A stretch of DNA of 63,348 bases, filler included, from Octopus bimaculoides (GCF_001194135.2; 8 parts of 8 records of this genome joined end to end with filler, not necessarily neighbours in it); one strand, 5' to 3'; counted from the first letter of the whole stretch, positions 13,596-26,937 are shown. Notes: generated from the sequence alone by a model not told the origin. Numbers and translations are program-made.

Positions 13596-13718
13596 ATTAT
13601 CCCCTGTTCCACACCACGATATACGTCATTGGTGAAGCATGAATGCTATACTACAAACCATGATGCATGTTTGTCAGATACTTTAGATATGGAGGGTCCG
13701 TCTAGCAGAGCAAAATAG
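13596..13718 (+). other. Exon-like segment (IIPCSTPRY...GPSSRAK*), possible alternative terminal exon
   Basis: Acceptor tttattcag, donor TAG|gtaatc. 123 nt open in phase 0 up to a stop in the last codon. Confidence 0.2.
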
Positions 13719-13984
13719 GTAATCATTACTCAACAAAAATTATTAGTAGAAAAATTATAGTAATATAACTTCTATCATTATAAACGGAAGAAAATTACAA
13801 TACAGAAGAATAAATAAGGAAAACAAATAAAGAATGATAAGAAAACAAAGAAAATGAAAAATATTCATAGAAAAATATAGAAAAAGAGAAATCTAAACGA
13901 TAAACCAGAAAAATTCTAAACGTAGTCAAAGCACATAATAATATACTTACATATGCACATTTACACACACAAATACGTGTGTGG

Positions 13985-14069
<85 letters not shown>

Positions 14070-14158
14070 NNNNNNNNNNNNNNNNNNNNNNNNNNNNNNN
14101 NNNNNNNNNNNNNNNNNNNNNNNNNNNNNCACGCATATATATTGATATGTATACATAG

Positions 14159-14224
<66 letters not shown>

Positions 14225-15074
14225 GTGTATATATGTATGAATTCGCATTTACCCGCACACATAGCGACTGTTCAATCGATAAATCAAACGTTCTCATATA
14301 TATACACCAAAGGTTGATAAACTCTGCATTATTTTGCTTATTTTAAAATTTCACTTATGAATAACTTCGCTTTTCCCAATACATTAATTCTTGATACGAA
14401 GTATTTGTCAAAACAACTTGTTATTCACTTTTCTTTTTTCAATTATGTTTTATCTTTCCATTTCATCTGATTTACTTCTTTCTATTATCTTCCGTTATAT
14501 CATTTTTTCAGCTCTCCAATATTTAATTATTTTATTTCTACTGAAGTTGGTCGTTGTGTTTATGAAGTGTAACTGTTAATATATTTTTGCTGTTGTTATT
14601 GTTTAACCTCAGTTTAATCACTATTGGGGAAGAATTATGAACAAATACATTCTCGTTTACATAGAATGCCTTTGAATTAAATATATTAGTTATACGAATA
14701 AATGCCAGAAGTTCATCGACTTTATTTGTAAAGACGTTAGGATTCATCGCGACCGATGTTACTGAAATTTCTAGTAAGAATAGCCACCAGTTATAGGATT
14801 ACTTCGAGTAAGTCATTGTTCTTGACAAATTACCGGAAGTAAATATCGAGAATTTTTAATGAAGATATTCATTTGTTTTTCTCTGTGAAGATTAATAGAT
14901 AGTAGCAAAAATGCAAGACAAGTTATGTTTATTACACACACTCATATTGACGCACGCATATAAACGCACGTATATATATGCGTGTGTGTATGTGGGCTTG
15001 TGTGTGCACGTGATTGTGTGCATTTGTATGCGATTGTGCCTGTGTATTTGTGTGTGTGTGTGCGTGTATATGTA

Positions 15075-15660
15075 TACAGAGTCTTCGGGCTGAATTTGAC
15101 GGCATAAAAGTTAAGGAAAATAATACTCTATCCAACGATGACGGCATTTTAAGACATGAAAAACAGATTTAGGTACGTTATGTCTGGGAGATAACTTTGC
15201 TTACCCACATATCCGGAACCATTCGACTTGTGTTCTTCGTTGTGTCCCTGGGAAGACCCTCGAACACCTTGTTAATCATACCACCAGCTGGAATTCGGTA
15301 TTGCAGGCAGAGCGTTTGGTGGTTTTCTCAAGCATGACCCATACATAATAATTCATTGGAAAGTAAGAGGTCAGGAATTGATCACAATATCCAGTAGCTT
15401 CACATAGCCGTCTGAATTGAGCATCAACCCGTGTTCAATGATGTGGGATGAAGCCCCAAGTGTGAACGGAGTCAGAACGCCTGCTGTGTCTTTTCCCGCA
15501 GACAACATATTCGTAGTCTATGTTGCAGCTGCCCATATCACGTCTCTCAGATGTTACAGTGTTCACAGTGAATTGAGCAGGTGTCGTGATGTCACTGTCA
15601 GTATTCATCTGCCCAGAGTCAACAACAGTATGAAAGTATTTGCCACTATATGCAGATTTT
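15075..15660 (-). mobile_element. Internally deleted Tc1/mariner (maT/DD37D-like) transposase remnant
   Basis: Minus translation gives N-terminal KRHSRRSDSVHTWGFI, then HIIEHGLMLNSDGYVKLLDIVI, then PMNYYVW and KVFEGLPRDTTKN. These blocks abut, with the catalytic core segments between them missing. Confidence 0.7.
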
Positions 15661-16950
15661 ATTGTTTTTAATATTGAATCTTAACGAGCGTCTACATACA
15701 TCTTCCAAGCCAGAACAGATTTCTTTTTACTTTCACTTTATTAAAGACATAGCAGTCTTCAATAATTATTTGCTGAGAGGCGTTCATCAATTGTTTGTCC
15801 CATTTAGAAAACACATACAGAACTATAACTTCTTGAAGTTTACACACATTGTAATGCCACGACATCGGAAGCTGTAGCCTCATAATCATCAAATAATATG
15901 TTTTTTTTTCCACAACTTTATCGTAAATTTATAATGTTTATGAGACACCTCAATTACAATAATCGTCTTAAGTAAATAATCAGAATCTTGTGCAAAGTGT
16001 ATCATATTAATTTAAGGAAAACGCAGTCTACTCATTTGTGCGCAACGTAGTTACCCTCTCGTTTTCATTCTAAATTCTGAAATATCCTTCAGAAATGTAT
16101 TATTTAAAATACCCAACCTTGTGTTTCACCTAACATAATTTTCACTTCTGATCATTGAACATAAAAGNNNNNNNNNNNNNNNNNNNNNNNNNNNNNNNNN
16201 NNNNNNNNNNNNNNNNNNNNNNNNNNNNNNNNNNNNNNNNNNNNNNNNNNNNNNNNNNNNNNNNNNNNNNNNNNNNNNNNNNNNNATAGATTAAAAAGGT
16301 AAACGAATTACAGATATTTTGCTTAATGTTTATACTGTAACACCGACAAAGTATAATACATTTCGAAATGAATACATATATATATATATATATATTGCTT
16401 TCTCGTTAATGTATGGCGTAATTTAATAAGAACTGTAAAGCTAACAGAAGGTTGAAATAAAATATTATATAGAATGTTTTCCAAATCTATACGTGTTATT
16501 TCTTTTTTTGTGCATTCTTATAAATTCTAATATATTCTCTTTTGGTTTCACGCATGGGGAAAATATATCGATTTATTGTGAAGAGTAAAGAATGAGAATA
16601 CTAATCATTACAGGAATACATTCATTTAAAATCACACACCAGGATGATCCTTTCTTTTCAACATTGTATACACAGAGATTTGTATACGTATCAAACATAT
16701 GCATTTATCTGTTGTAAGCTTTCAAATATTATTAGTTAATAGGATATTCAAAATCACAGATAAAATTTACACTTCTTCTATGACAATGTTACAGTTTAAT
16801 TTAGAAAGAAATGTATTGAATATAAATGAATTCACTGGGTCATATTAAGTGTCTAATTGAAGTAGTGTTTTTTTAATGAATATAAAATTGCAATTTAATG
16901 GCTCCATTTCCCGATCAATACCTTTTGGTGTGTCCATATTATTCCAATAG

Positions 16951-17114
16951 GTCCTCTGCAGGATAATTATGATATTGATTTTTTTTCGGTACGCATTCGT
17001 GCACTGATGAAAAGCCTGTATGAAAAAAGAAAGCGATTAATTGAAGTTTTTCTGAAGTCATCGAAGTTAACCAAGCGAGATGTAGAGGAGACTGGAGGAA
17101 TCCAAAGGAACTGA
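16951..17114 (+). CDS. Candidate terminal exon PLQDNYDIDFFSVRIRALMKSLYEKRKRLIEVFLKSSKLTKRDVEETGGIQRN*
   Basis: Acceptor catattattccaatag|G. Phase 1 matches 12651. 53 open codons, TGA at 17112-17114; contains KRKR and KR. Confidence 0.45.
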
Positions 17115-18010
17115 AAGTCATATTACGGGTTAAAGTTTGAAACAATTAAAAAAGAAAGAAAACAAATATCCACATTAAAGATTCAATGATAAAATAATAG
17201 GAAATACCAGAGGCTAGTAGTTACATACATCGTATAAAATGTAGTCAAAATCTAAATAACTTATTTTATGAATCAGAAGCATATTTATTTATTTCTTACT
17301 CTGTTTAAATGAGAGTTCATACAATGTATCGATAGGAGTTGATAACATCGGTAATTTATATTTATATATGTGTGTAAATGTATTGAACTATCTGTGAGTG
17401 ACGTTGGTGAAAAATTCATTGAGGGAGAATAAAATAAAAAGAATATTAGTTGCCAAAGATAATCTGATAAAGATCTGGCCTTTTTAGAATGATTGAATAT
17501 TGCGTTAAAATTGAACTCAAGGGCAAAGATGATTTGAAATAGAAGTTTCATATAAAAGGTCATGAGAGAAATACCAATCAAAAACTTTCTTCTGAAATAA
17601 ACCGAATGATATTGTGTGAAATGTAAACAAACAGGAAGTTAGACAATCGGGGATATACCAACATAATCTATCGTTATATTACAATTTAATTTGTATTTTG
17701 AATGTCAAAAGGTTGGCGTTTCTCATGTGTAAAGAACGCTTGTATTCGATATTTCCATATTTCGCTTGTATTCGAAATATGGAAATACAAATGATATTTG
17801 AAGTAAAATTAAGTAAGATAAAATCTGATACACTCTAGAAGAATTAACTAAATACCCTATTTTTTATATATCAATACTCTTTCTATGTCAAACTAATTCG
17901 ATGTGTTGGCATTATTCTCGTGATCCTTTTGTTACAGTATATAGAAATCGCAAACTACAGTGACAGTAAAATAACATTGTTTTCACATCGAAGTGCAATG
18001 TAATACTCAC

Positions 18011-18122
18011 CGCTATCGTGGCAGAGTCGGTTAAACGCAACTGCGCCCCCATCCACTCGAGTCAGAGTTCTGTGTATATCCCTTGCCAATGCTCTGGAAC
18101 AATGCGCTATCTATTTTGTCCA
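18011..18122 (-). CDS. Candidate exon (DKIDSALFQSIGKGYTQNSDSSGWGRSCV*; other frames possible)
   Basis: Acceptor ggcctcctgatctcag, consensus donor GCG|gtgagt, GC-rich island. Phase 1 joins 27107-27232; stop at 18033-18031. Confidence 0.3.
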
Positions 18123-18595
18123 CTGAGATCAGGAGGCCGACATAAAACTTCTTTTAGATATTACTAGTTACTTATTGTTTATTTCCATCCCCCTTCACGG
18201 ACATTATATCTAATTATACAATGCGGTAAACGTTGTTAGAAACTCTTTAGTTATCAGATCTATTTCAAATGAAACAGTTAATAATGCTGTTTGTCTTATA
18301 GTTTTCGCTTAAGAAATTCTGTCCTCTGTTATTTACTTAATATTTTACGAGCTACATGTTAGAAATAGTACCTTGACCTACACTTTCTGAAAGTCATTTA
18401 AAAATGATTAAATTCAAGTTCAAATTCATCGGATGTTACACAAAGGTACGATATTCATGGTTTGGATATTTCTAATCGATATTTTACTCAATTAGGAGTT
18501 ATTTAAATCTAGACAATAGCGTTAACAACCATAACATAATTATCTTTAGTAAAATGTACTAGACACACAAACTTTAGTAACCAAATGGTTACTTT

Positions 18596-18655
18596 GAGAA
18601 AATATATGAATATCAACCTTTACAGAGAAAATATATGAATATCAACCTTTACAGA
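18596..18655. repeat. Perfect 29-bp tandem duplication
   Basis: gagaaaatatatgaatatcaacctttaca x2. Confidence 0.9.
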
Positions 18656-19729
18656 CTTTTTTGTCACTTGATTAATCAGAACATGTCGTTAATTGCCTTA
18701 TTTATTTAACCCATATGCGACAGATATTGTCACAAGATGGATACCATCATCTTACTTATTTTGAAGGAACAGAAATACAGGGTAGGGAATATGTCATTCC
18801 TTAACACGCACAATGTTAAATGCCATTATATATGTGATATCTATATTTACGTACAAAATGTCCCCGGGAAAACCTTATTTTCGAGGTACCGATTTTAAGA
18901 CGTGGCTAAATAACAAATTGTGTATCATTTAACATATAAACAGAGATGGTCATGCATCAATTATCAATCAATATATTTCGTACTACATAGTCATTATAAT
19001 GTCTCAGAACAACTTCAAATCACGATAGTAAAACGGACAATTACGGCGAACAATCACCCAGACTGCTTGCTGGCGTCATCATTTTGAAGTCGGGTCAGTC
19101 GAAAACATCGATCAATTTCCAGCATGAGCCATGAACTCAAATATAATAATTGTTAACAATGGATTTAATAATGATTTCTAACTTAGAAACAAAGCTATTA
19201 CAAAGGATGTAATAATGAAATATATTCATACAAGCGTTAGTAGATTTTGGCCTTCTGAAATGGTGTGAAAGAGCAACGTTTTATGTCAAGTAGACTTGGT
19301 AACATATCCGTAACACTTCAAACGCTGCTTCAGATAAATCAATAAATATGTAAATGAATTATTTATCTCACATATTGAAGACACCATTGATCCACATATC
19401 AAATGTCTTAATTTGATTAGTGTTTCATTATTAGCAATATTTATCTAAACTACATCTTATTCTGCCATTATGCCCGGAAACCGAAGATAATGTTTTGAGA
19501 GACACGGTTAGTGAGACTTTAGTGATATTAAATATTTTACAGCAAAAGGTAAAGTAAGAATTATGCTTACTGTCAAGATGCTAAGAAGCTAAGATATGAT
19601 CGATCATATTTCAGTTTGTCATATACAAATTAGTTGTGAGTAAGTGTACCCCCAAAAAGAGATCCGCATATATATATATACATATNNNNNNNNNNNNNNN
19701 NNNNNNNNNNNNNNNNNNNNNNNNNNNNN

Positions 19730-19741
19730 TTAATTAATTAA
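19730..19741. other. Assembly spacer TTAATTAATTAA inside a 100-bp N gap (also 33387, 47222, 50980, 54525, 59289, 61248)
   Basis: Identical 12-mer embedded in Ns seven times; 44 N on each side at 19730. It carries stops in all six frames. Confidence 0.95.
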
Positions 19742-19785
19742 NNNNNNNNNNNNNNNNNNNNNNNNNNNNNNNNNNNNNNNNNNNN

Positions 19786-19849
<64 letters not shown>

Positions 19850-20331
19850 GGCGCTACAAGAAGATGGGATGGAAAGTTTAATTAGGCGACTGGCTGCTAC
19901 TGTCAATCACAATAGCAGAGAAACGGAGACTCTTTAATTACAGATGTCTCTCACTTATCAAATTCAACGAACACAACAGATAGACAGGTGCTGGGAAAAG
20001 CCAAAGACCTTCAAATTAATTACATATATAAAAAGAAAGGTATAAAAAAATTGCTTTAAAAACGTAAAAGAAAAATAAACTGAAATAGATAAGTGAAATA
20101 ATAAATGAAGCCACTCTCTTTCAGAAATGAATATATGTATGTTAAGCTGAGAGTGGTTGCGGCGGCGAGAATCCCGTTTTCGTTTTGATCGAAATAAAAC
20201 AAACGCATAATATCTCTTATGTGTCATCGATATATACATACATACATACATACATATATATGCGCGTACATACTGACACATACACGCTCACATATCTATA
20301 TATATTATTAAGCATATGAATGTATACACTG

Positions 20332-20437
<106 letters not shown>

Positions 20438-20667
20438 TGTCTGTCTGTCTATATACATACATGCATATACACACGCGCGCATACGCGTACATATTGTTTC
20501 TACAAGGTTGGCAGTTTTCGAAGTTTTGCTTTAGTTATTTTCGTTAGACAGTCTGACGAAGGCAACTAAGCCGAAAGTTCGAACTGTCACTTTTCCTCGT
20601 AAAAACAGAAATAAATATATTATTCTATTGAAATGTGTTTCAATTATATAAAGCTGTGTTTTATACA

Positions 20668-20823
20668 TAGGGATGGTTGTGTGGTAAGAAGTTTATTTCC
20701 CAACCACATTGTTCCGGGTTCAGTTACACTGAATGGTACCTTGGGCAAGTGTCTTCTACTGTATCTCCGTGCCAACCAAAGCTTTATAAGTAGTGAGTAG
20801 ACGGAAACTAAAAGAAGTCTGTT
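20668..20823 (+). mobile_element. SINE family B: tRNA-like head plus CORE-like domain
   Basis: A-box-like tggttgtgtggtaag, B-box-like gggttcagttac, accttgggcaagtgtctt. Confidence 0.85.
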
Positions 20824-20844
20824 GCTATGGTTACGACATAGCGC

Positions 20845-21300
20845 CAAGTTAACAGCGGAGTTCGAAGCGTCCAACAACACCACACTAAGAAGATTGTAAC
20901 AGTACAGCAGATGAGCTACAGGGAAAGGTTGAAAAACTACGACTTTACTCCCTGGAGCAAAGACGCGACAGATATTCTACATATGGAAAATTTAGAAAGG
21001 CTTGTACCTAATTTTGGCATTGAGTGTTATACAAATGCCCGAACTGGACACCGTTTTATTGTACCAAAGGCACTGTCCTCTCCATCTAAATTCAGGACCA
21101 GATACTACTATAACTTAGAATTCAAAGGCGCACAGCTCTTCAATGCCCTGCCCACAATGTGGACGTGGATATCTTCAAAAAGGATCTAGACATTCTCCTC
21201 TCTACAATACCGGATGAAACAACGGCCCAGCATGAGGTACAGGTGAGGACAGCAATATCAAACTTCCTCATATACCAAATGGACCATCAACAAAAGGATA
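20845..21300 (+). mobile_element. CR1/L2-group LINE ORF2 3' fragment
   Basis: QQMSYRERLK...LERLVPNFGIECYTNARTG...FKGAQLFNALP...PDETT is typical of the C-terminus downstream of RT; frameshifted. Confidence 0.8.
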
Positions 21301-21508
21301 AGCACATACAAGAGTGGTGATATGAAATCCCACCACAGACACATATATATACGAGAGGCTTCTTTCAGTTTCTGTCTACCAAATACGGACAGAGATCTTA
21401 AGAGACACGTGGTTTGGAAACGCGCGAGGCGATGCATTAAATGTTTATAAATTCCGTCCAAGAATTATTATTATTATTATCATTCTTCTTCTTCTTCTTC
21501 TTCTTCTT

Positions 21509-21577
<69 letters not shown>

Positions 21578-21678
21578 GCATACACATGTGTATGTATGTC
21601 GGTTTGTTTACATACACGTAACTTAGCGCTTCGACACGCACACATACACATACACACACATACACGCACACACACACA

Positions 21679-21830
21679 CGAGAGGCTTCTTTCAGTTACT
21701 GTTCGCCAAATCTATTCCCAAGGTTTTAGTAAGCCCTGATCTATAGTATAAGGCACTTGTCGAAGATGCCGTGCAGTGGGATTGAACCCGAAACTATATG
21801 GTCGAGAAGCAAGCTTTTTACTCACACAGC
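21679..21830 (-). mobile_element. SINE family B, reverse orientation
   Basis: ggcttctttcagtt...cagtgggattgaaccc...agcaagcttttt...acacagcc. Confidence 0.8.
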
Positions 21831-22370
21831 CCGTACAACAGTTTAGTAAAAGGCTCAATAAACTAGGTGGTGGACAGAGAAATTTCATATTTGTTTATAT
21901 TTCCACTGTCACGCACAAAATGATGGCTTCCAAATCTTGTTTTCTGACTGGTAAAAATTCTCAAAATTCAAACCTCTGTAACTTTCTTAAAAAAAATTTT
22001 CTGGAAAAGTGAAATATTTCCTGAGATTCAGCGTGGAAAATTATATCAATACACCAAATTTTAAAATTTCCACAGGTGCAGCCAAACAGAAAAAGTCTGT
22101 GAATTTAATGAATGTTTAATTCTAGACAAATATTACGATTAATGCTTAATTCTGAATCTGGATCACTTTCAGGCATATGAATTTTAAACATACACAAATT
22201 TTACTTCAGTTTTCCCAAGAATTTTTGTTTGGTCTTGTTCGAAAAAAAAAAAAAAAATGTGGTAACTTAAGTGTAGCTCGGCGATCAGGGAGTTTCGATA
22301 GGTCGAGCCGCTACTTCTCCGCATTGTGAGGTCACAAAGAAATGCACGCGCACACATNNNNNNNNNNNNN

Positions 22371-22420
<50 letters not shown>

Positions 22421-23500
22421 CACATGCACACACACACACACACAAATACCGGATCAACAAAAAATGTTACTCGTGATAGGCCGGTTTTATCTCTTAGCCC
22501 ATTCCATATCATGAAACCGAGATGTAATCACCAGATATAATGGATATTTGTTTATATTTTTTTGTACTTTATTCTCAAATGGAGTCCACTCAAATTCCCT
22601 ACACCCACTGGACTCTAACCCTATTTAATAGCTTTATATTTCAATGAGTGGCTATACGTATAAGGCATAGGAACACATATTACGAAAGTAAAATCTTTTC
22701 TAAACATTTAAACATTAATTTTTTTATTTGTTTTGGAAAACGTGCATTTAAATTAGTTATCAAATGAGTTTATTTTGTGCTTAATAATTGGTATGTCTAG
22801 TGTTTTATAGAATTTTTCTCGTATATAATTCATTACATAATTATATCTCGTTTCTTGTTAATAGAAAAGACGCCAATGTTATGAAGGAACAATAAAATAA
22901 AGGTCAGGATTAACAAAAAATATTCCACCTTTTTGAAACATCTCTTTCGAAAATTCCATTGAAACGGAGCCATAAACGGAATAATTTTAGTTAAATGCAA
23001 TAAATTAAAATGAATTTTAGGTTTATATATCATTCCTACACGACTGTTTGAATAACCATTTTATTTTTGTTTTAATGATTTCTTTTTCTATTTTGAAAGT
23101 AACTCGTTAGAGCCAGACAATTATAACGTCTCATCAATAACACGTGATGTTATGTGATAAAGCGAAATAACAGAATGAATTAAGTATTGAACGAACTTAA
23201 ACCATACGTTGCGAGTTCAAATCTACCGTAGGCACTCCGTTGTGGTTCGAGGCAAAACGCTTTATGTGTATTGGTTCACTTTGACTTGTGTGTCAGTTGT
23301 GGAAAGTAGATCACGCAGGAATGTTAACCAATCGTAGACTGAGTGGAAATTTTGTCTCTTATTCATGTAACGCCATAAAACGAGCAGGTATTCCTTAAAA
23401 TCTCCTCAAAGCATATCGGTAATGTTACTCTGTGATGTGTTCGGATGTTACGCTTTAAAGAATTTCAACTATGAAACGAAATCGAAGAGACAATCGAAAT

Positions 23501-23560
23501 AAGTGATTCTCAAGCATTTTTTCCCCTACGGACCCCTTTGATTCCTATTTTAATCAGAAA
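23501..23560 (+). mobile_element. hAT-type MITE end
   Basis: agtgattctcaa...ggacccctttgattcctatttt matches the reverse complement of 41628-41695. Confidence 0.5.
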
Positions 23561-23974
23561 GATGTGGCTGCTGACATAAAACTACCACTATATTTTTATG
23601 ATTAAATGTTAGTAGGAATTGCATAAAAAATGTTAAAATAATTTGTGTATTGTAGAAATATAACCAAGGCCATATTGTAGAAATATAACCCAAGGGCCAT
23701 ATGGACTCTCGTTGAGGACCACTGATCTAATTCTTTGATACTGTAAAACAACGTTATGATGGTCTATAAATTTATGCATCAAAATAAGAATAAGGGCGTT
23801 TATAAACTGTTGAATTTTCACATTTTATGCTGTTTATATAGACAACCGGGACTTGTGGAATTTACACGGGCCTTACTAGTCAATATTAGCATTATAATAT
23901 TATTAATCTGATCTGTTATTGGTACGACGAGCTCTTTAGGAATACAAAATACTTTTCTTTTACATGTATATAAG

Positions 23975-24300
23975 AATACAAGAGACCAAAATGGGGTTCC
24001 TCCAAAGGATCCCTGGAGAAAAGTTTCTCGACAGGGTGCAGAACTCGGAGATCAGGGAATCTCTCCAGGTCGAGTCGCTACTTTTCTGCATTGACAGACC
24101 ACGACTTCAGTACTACGGACATGTAATTAGAATGTCGCAAGAAAGAGTCGCAAGACATAGTCTTCAAGTGGAGCCCACCGAGAGAGGGTGGAAACCTGGG
24201 AGTAGACAAAGAACGAGATAATCGGATAATATCCATAATCTAACTTGATCATGCTTGGGAGTCCAGCTGGAAAGTTTAATGACGGTTGCTTCTGATTGGA
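23975..24300 (+). mobile_element. RTE-clade LINE 3' fragment
   Basis: KMGFLQRI...DRVQNSEIRESLQVE...RLQYYGHVIRM... Confidence 0.8.
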
Positions 24301-24319
24301 CGTTGTGAAAGAGGTAACT

Positions 24320-26600
24320 GAAAGAACAACAACAGCAGCAACTACAACTTCAAGAACGGCTGAAACAACAACAACACCACCACCAACAACAACAACTGAA
24401 AGAACAGCAACAATTACTATTACAGCAACAAATGCTGCAATTCATGAAGTCGCCAGGAAAGTCAGAAAAAGTATTCTCGATAGACGACGTCGCGAACTCC
24501 ATAACAGAGTTCAAAAACGAACCTGACGAAAGGGTTACCTTCGAAGCATACTAGAGAAGATTTGAGCAAATCCTCGAGAAAGAATGTAAAGACTGGGTCG
24601 AAGAGATGAAAACGTACTTAGTCTTGAGAAAACTGGCGGCAACAGAACAGTAATTATGTATTTCCAAGAAAAACTTCGGACATAAACTTTAATGACACAA
24701 TAAATATATTGTATAAAATTTTCAGTGAAAAAAGCTCGTTGTTCAACACACGCTGGAAGTGTCTGAACATATAGAAAAACAACGACGAGGACGACATCAA
24801 ATATGCTGGTAGAATAAACAGGGAATGCGAGAAGTTTAAGCTGGACGAATAAGCGCGAGATATGTCCAAATGCCTGATTTTTACACAGGGACTTACTGCT
24901 GAAAAGGGTGCAGAAGTTAGAACTAGAATTCTCGCAAAGCTGGAACAAAACCAGGATGTAACGCTACCACAAATGTCAGAAGAATGTGAAAGGATAGTCA
25001 AATTAAAACATGAAACAGAGGAAATTGAACGTAAAGATTGTTTCCAATTAAAACTAATGCGAAATAGTCAGAATAGAGATAAAGTGTTTTCTAAAAAACC
25101 CGACAAAAATCAGGAAATAAGCCAATGTTTGCATGTAGAGGTATACACCTGTGGAAAATTGTCCATTTAAAAAAGCGGAGTACTTTCGTTGTGATAATAT
25201 CGGACATATAAAGATGCACTATAGAACGAAAATGAAATAACTTCAGAACAAAAGAAAAAGAATAAATAGTATGTCATCGGAAGAAATTGGTAATATAAGG
25301 ATGAGGAAATTCGTGAAGGTGAAAAACATAAATACAAATGTTCAAATGAAATTAAACACTGCAAGTGATATCACCATTATAAACGAAAAAACTTGGAAAT
25401 ATGTCAAAATCTAAAAAGTAGCACATGGTGTTACGGGAAAAAGATTATATTTTTTCGGTGAATTCGCATGTAATGTAACATTTCGAGATGGAACGAAAGT
25501 CAAAAATATATGTTTTAAAAGATTCACTTAATCTATTTCGCACAGAGTGAACGGAACTATTCAAATTGTGGAATATGCCCAAAAGTGTTTTGTGTGGAAA
25601 TATAGTCGGTTCATTCGAAGGTTCGAATGCAGCTGAGGGACTGAAACAAAACAAATTGCAGTGAAACAGAGTGGAACACTATATGTAAGCCAAAACGAAA
25701 TGAAAAATTACCCACGATAAAAAGTTAAACATTGTTCAAAAATAGATGTTCCGTGGTCGAGAATACACATCGATGTTGCTGGTCCTTTAAGTGGTTACTA
25801 CTACTTAGTGGTTGTTGATAGTTTCTCGAAATGGTCAGAAATTTGTAAGCCTAAAAAAAAAAACAACCCTCTCGACTGTGATAAATTTTTTACACGAAAT
25901 GTTTGCTAGATTTGGCACACCAAACAAGATAGTGTTTGGAAATGGAACGCAATTTGTGTCTAACGAATCAAAACATTTTGTGGAACATTCGCGGTAGAAC
26001 ATGTAACTACTGCGCCATACCATCCCAAATCTAATGGACAGGCAGAACACTGTCGATAACTTCAAGAGAGCCCTTAAAAAATTGAATAAGGAAGTCATGG
26101 GTGAGGCAGCTCTATAATTTTTAAGAATGTACCGTATGACACCAAATTCAAATACACCAGCAGGCAGATCACCAGCGGAGCTAATGTTTACAAGGAAAAT
26201 AAAATCAGTCTTTGATAAATTGCTACCTGGCAAGGAAAGAAAAAGTGCCAGGGAAAAAGTTGGTGAAAAGGTGTATATGAGAGTGTACAAGAATGGAAAG
26301 CAGAGTTGGGAAGATGGCGTAATTACCAAATGCATAAGTAAAATGATGTATTAGGTAAAAAGTAGAAAATGTATACGAAAGAGGCACAGGAACCAACTAA
26401 AAAAAAAAAGAAAAAAGATTCGTGGAAAGCGAACCAAAGTTGGTGCAACCGATGGAATGGTTGTACAATACATTCCAAGTAGCAACACCATTGCAGGTGA
26501 TTGAACCCAAGCGTACAAGTGAGGGCAAAAGAAAACACACAGAGTTCCTGAAAATAGATGCCAAGCGTAAAAAATATTAAATTGTACGAAAAAATAAAAT
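24320..26600 (+). mobile_element. Degenerate Ty3/Gypsy internal region: gag, protease remnant, integrase; RT/RNaseH absent
   Basis: Q-rich gag start with VANSITEFKNEPDERVTFEAY and KCLIFTQGL...LAKLEQ. Integrase WSRIHIDVAGPL...VVVDSFSKW, FARFGTP..IV.GNGTQF, TAPYHPKSNGQAE, YRMTPN...SPAELMF. Many stops and frameshifts. Confidence 0.9.
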
Positions 26601-26670
26601 CTAGAAAAAGGTGGGTGGAGTGAATAAAAAAATTATTGCTAAATAAAATGACTTTTCTTAAGAAAAACTT

Positions 26671-26869
26671 AAAAGGGGAGATGTTGTAGGGAATTAATAA
26701 TAATGGTGCACCCATCCCACGTGACGAATGAAATAAGTAAAGAGAAGTACGTGAAGTATCAGAGCACATAGTAGGCGGTCAGAGATAGTCATGTCTTTAT
26801 TGGTTTTACTAAGTACACTGTATACCGAAGTGAGTGTTATAACAGTCCAACATTTTAAGGATTATAACA
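26671..26869 (+). mobile_element. Polypurine tract (26671-26681) and probable 3' LTR (TGT...ACA)
   Basis: aaaaggggaga immediately followed by TGTTGTAGGG; segment ends in ttataaca. Confidence 0.6.
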
Positions 26870-26904
26870 CATACATACATACATACATACAAACATACAC
26901 ACAA

Positions 26905-26937
<33 letters not shown>

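Noticed and set aside
18040-18100. RDIHRT motif suggesting a TBC/Rab-GAP domain
   Set aside because: Only a five-residue match, the flanks do not follow TBC consensus, and the required acceptor is weak.
23648-23701. Short tandem duplications (here, 12415-12445 and 58843-58868)
   Set aside because: Ordinary slippage duplications with no further structure.
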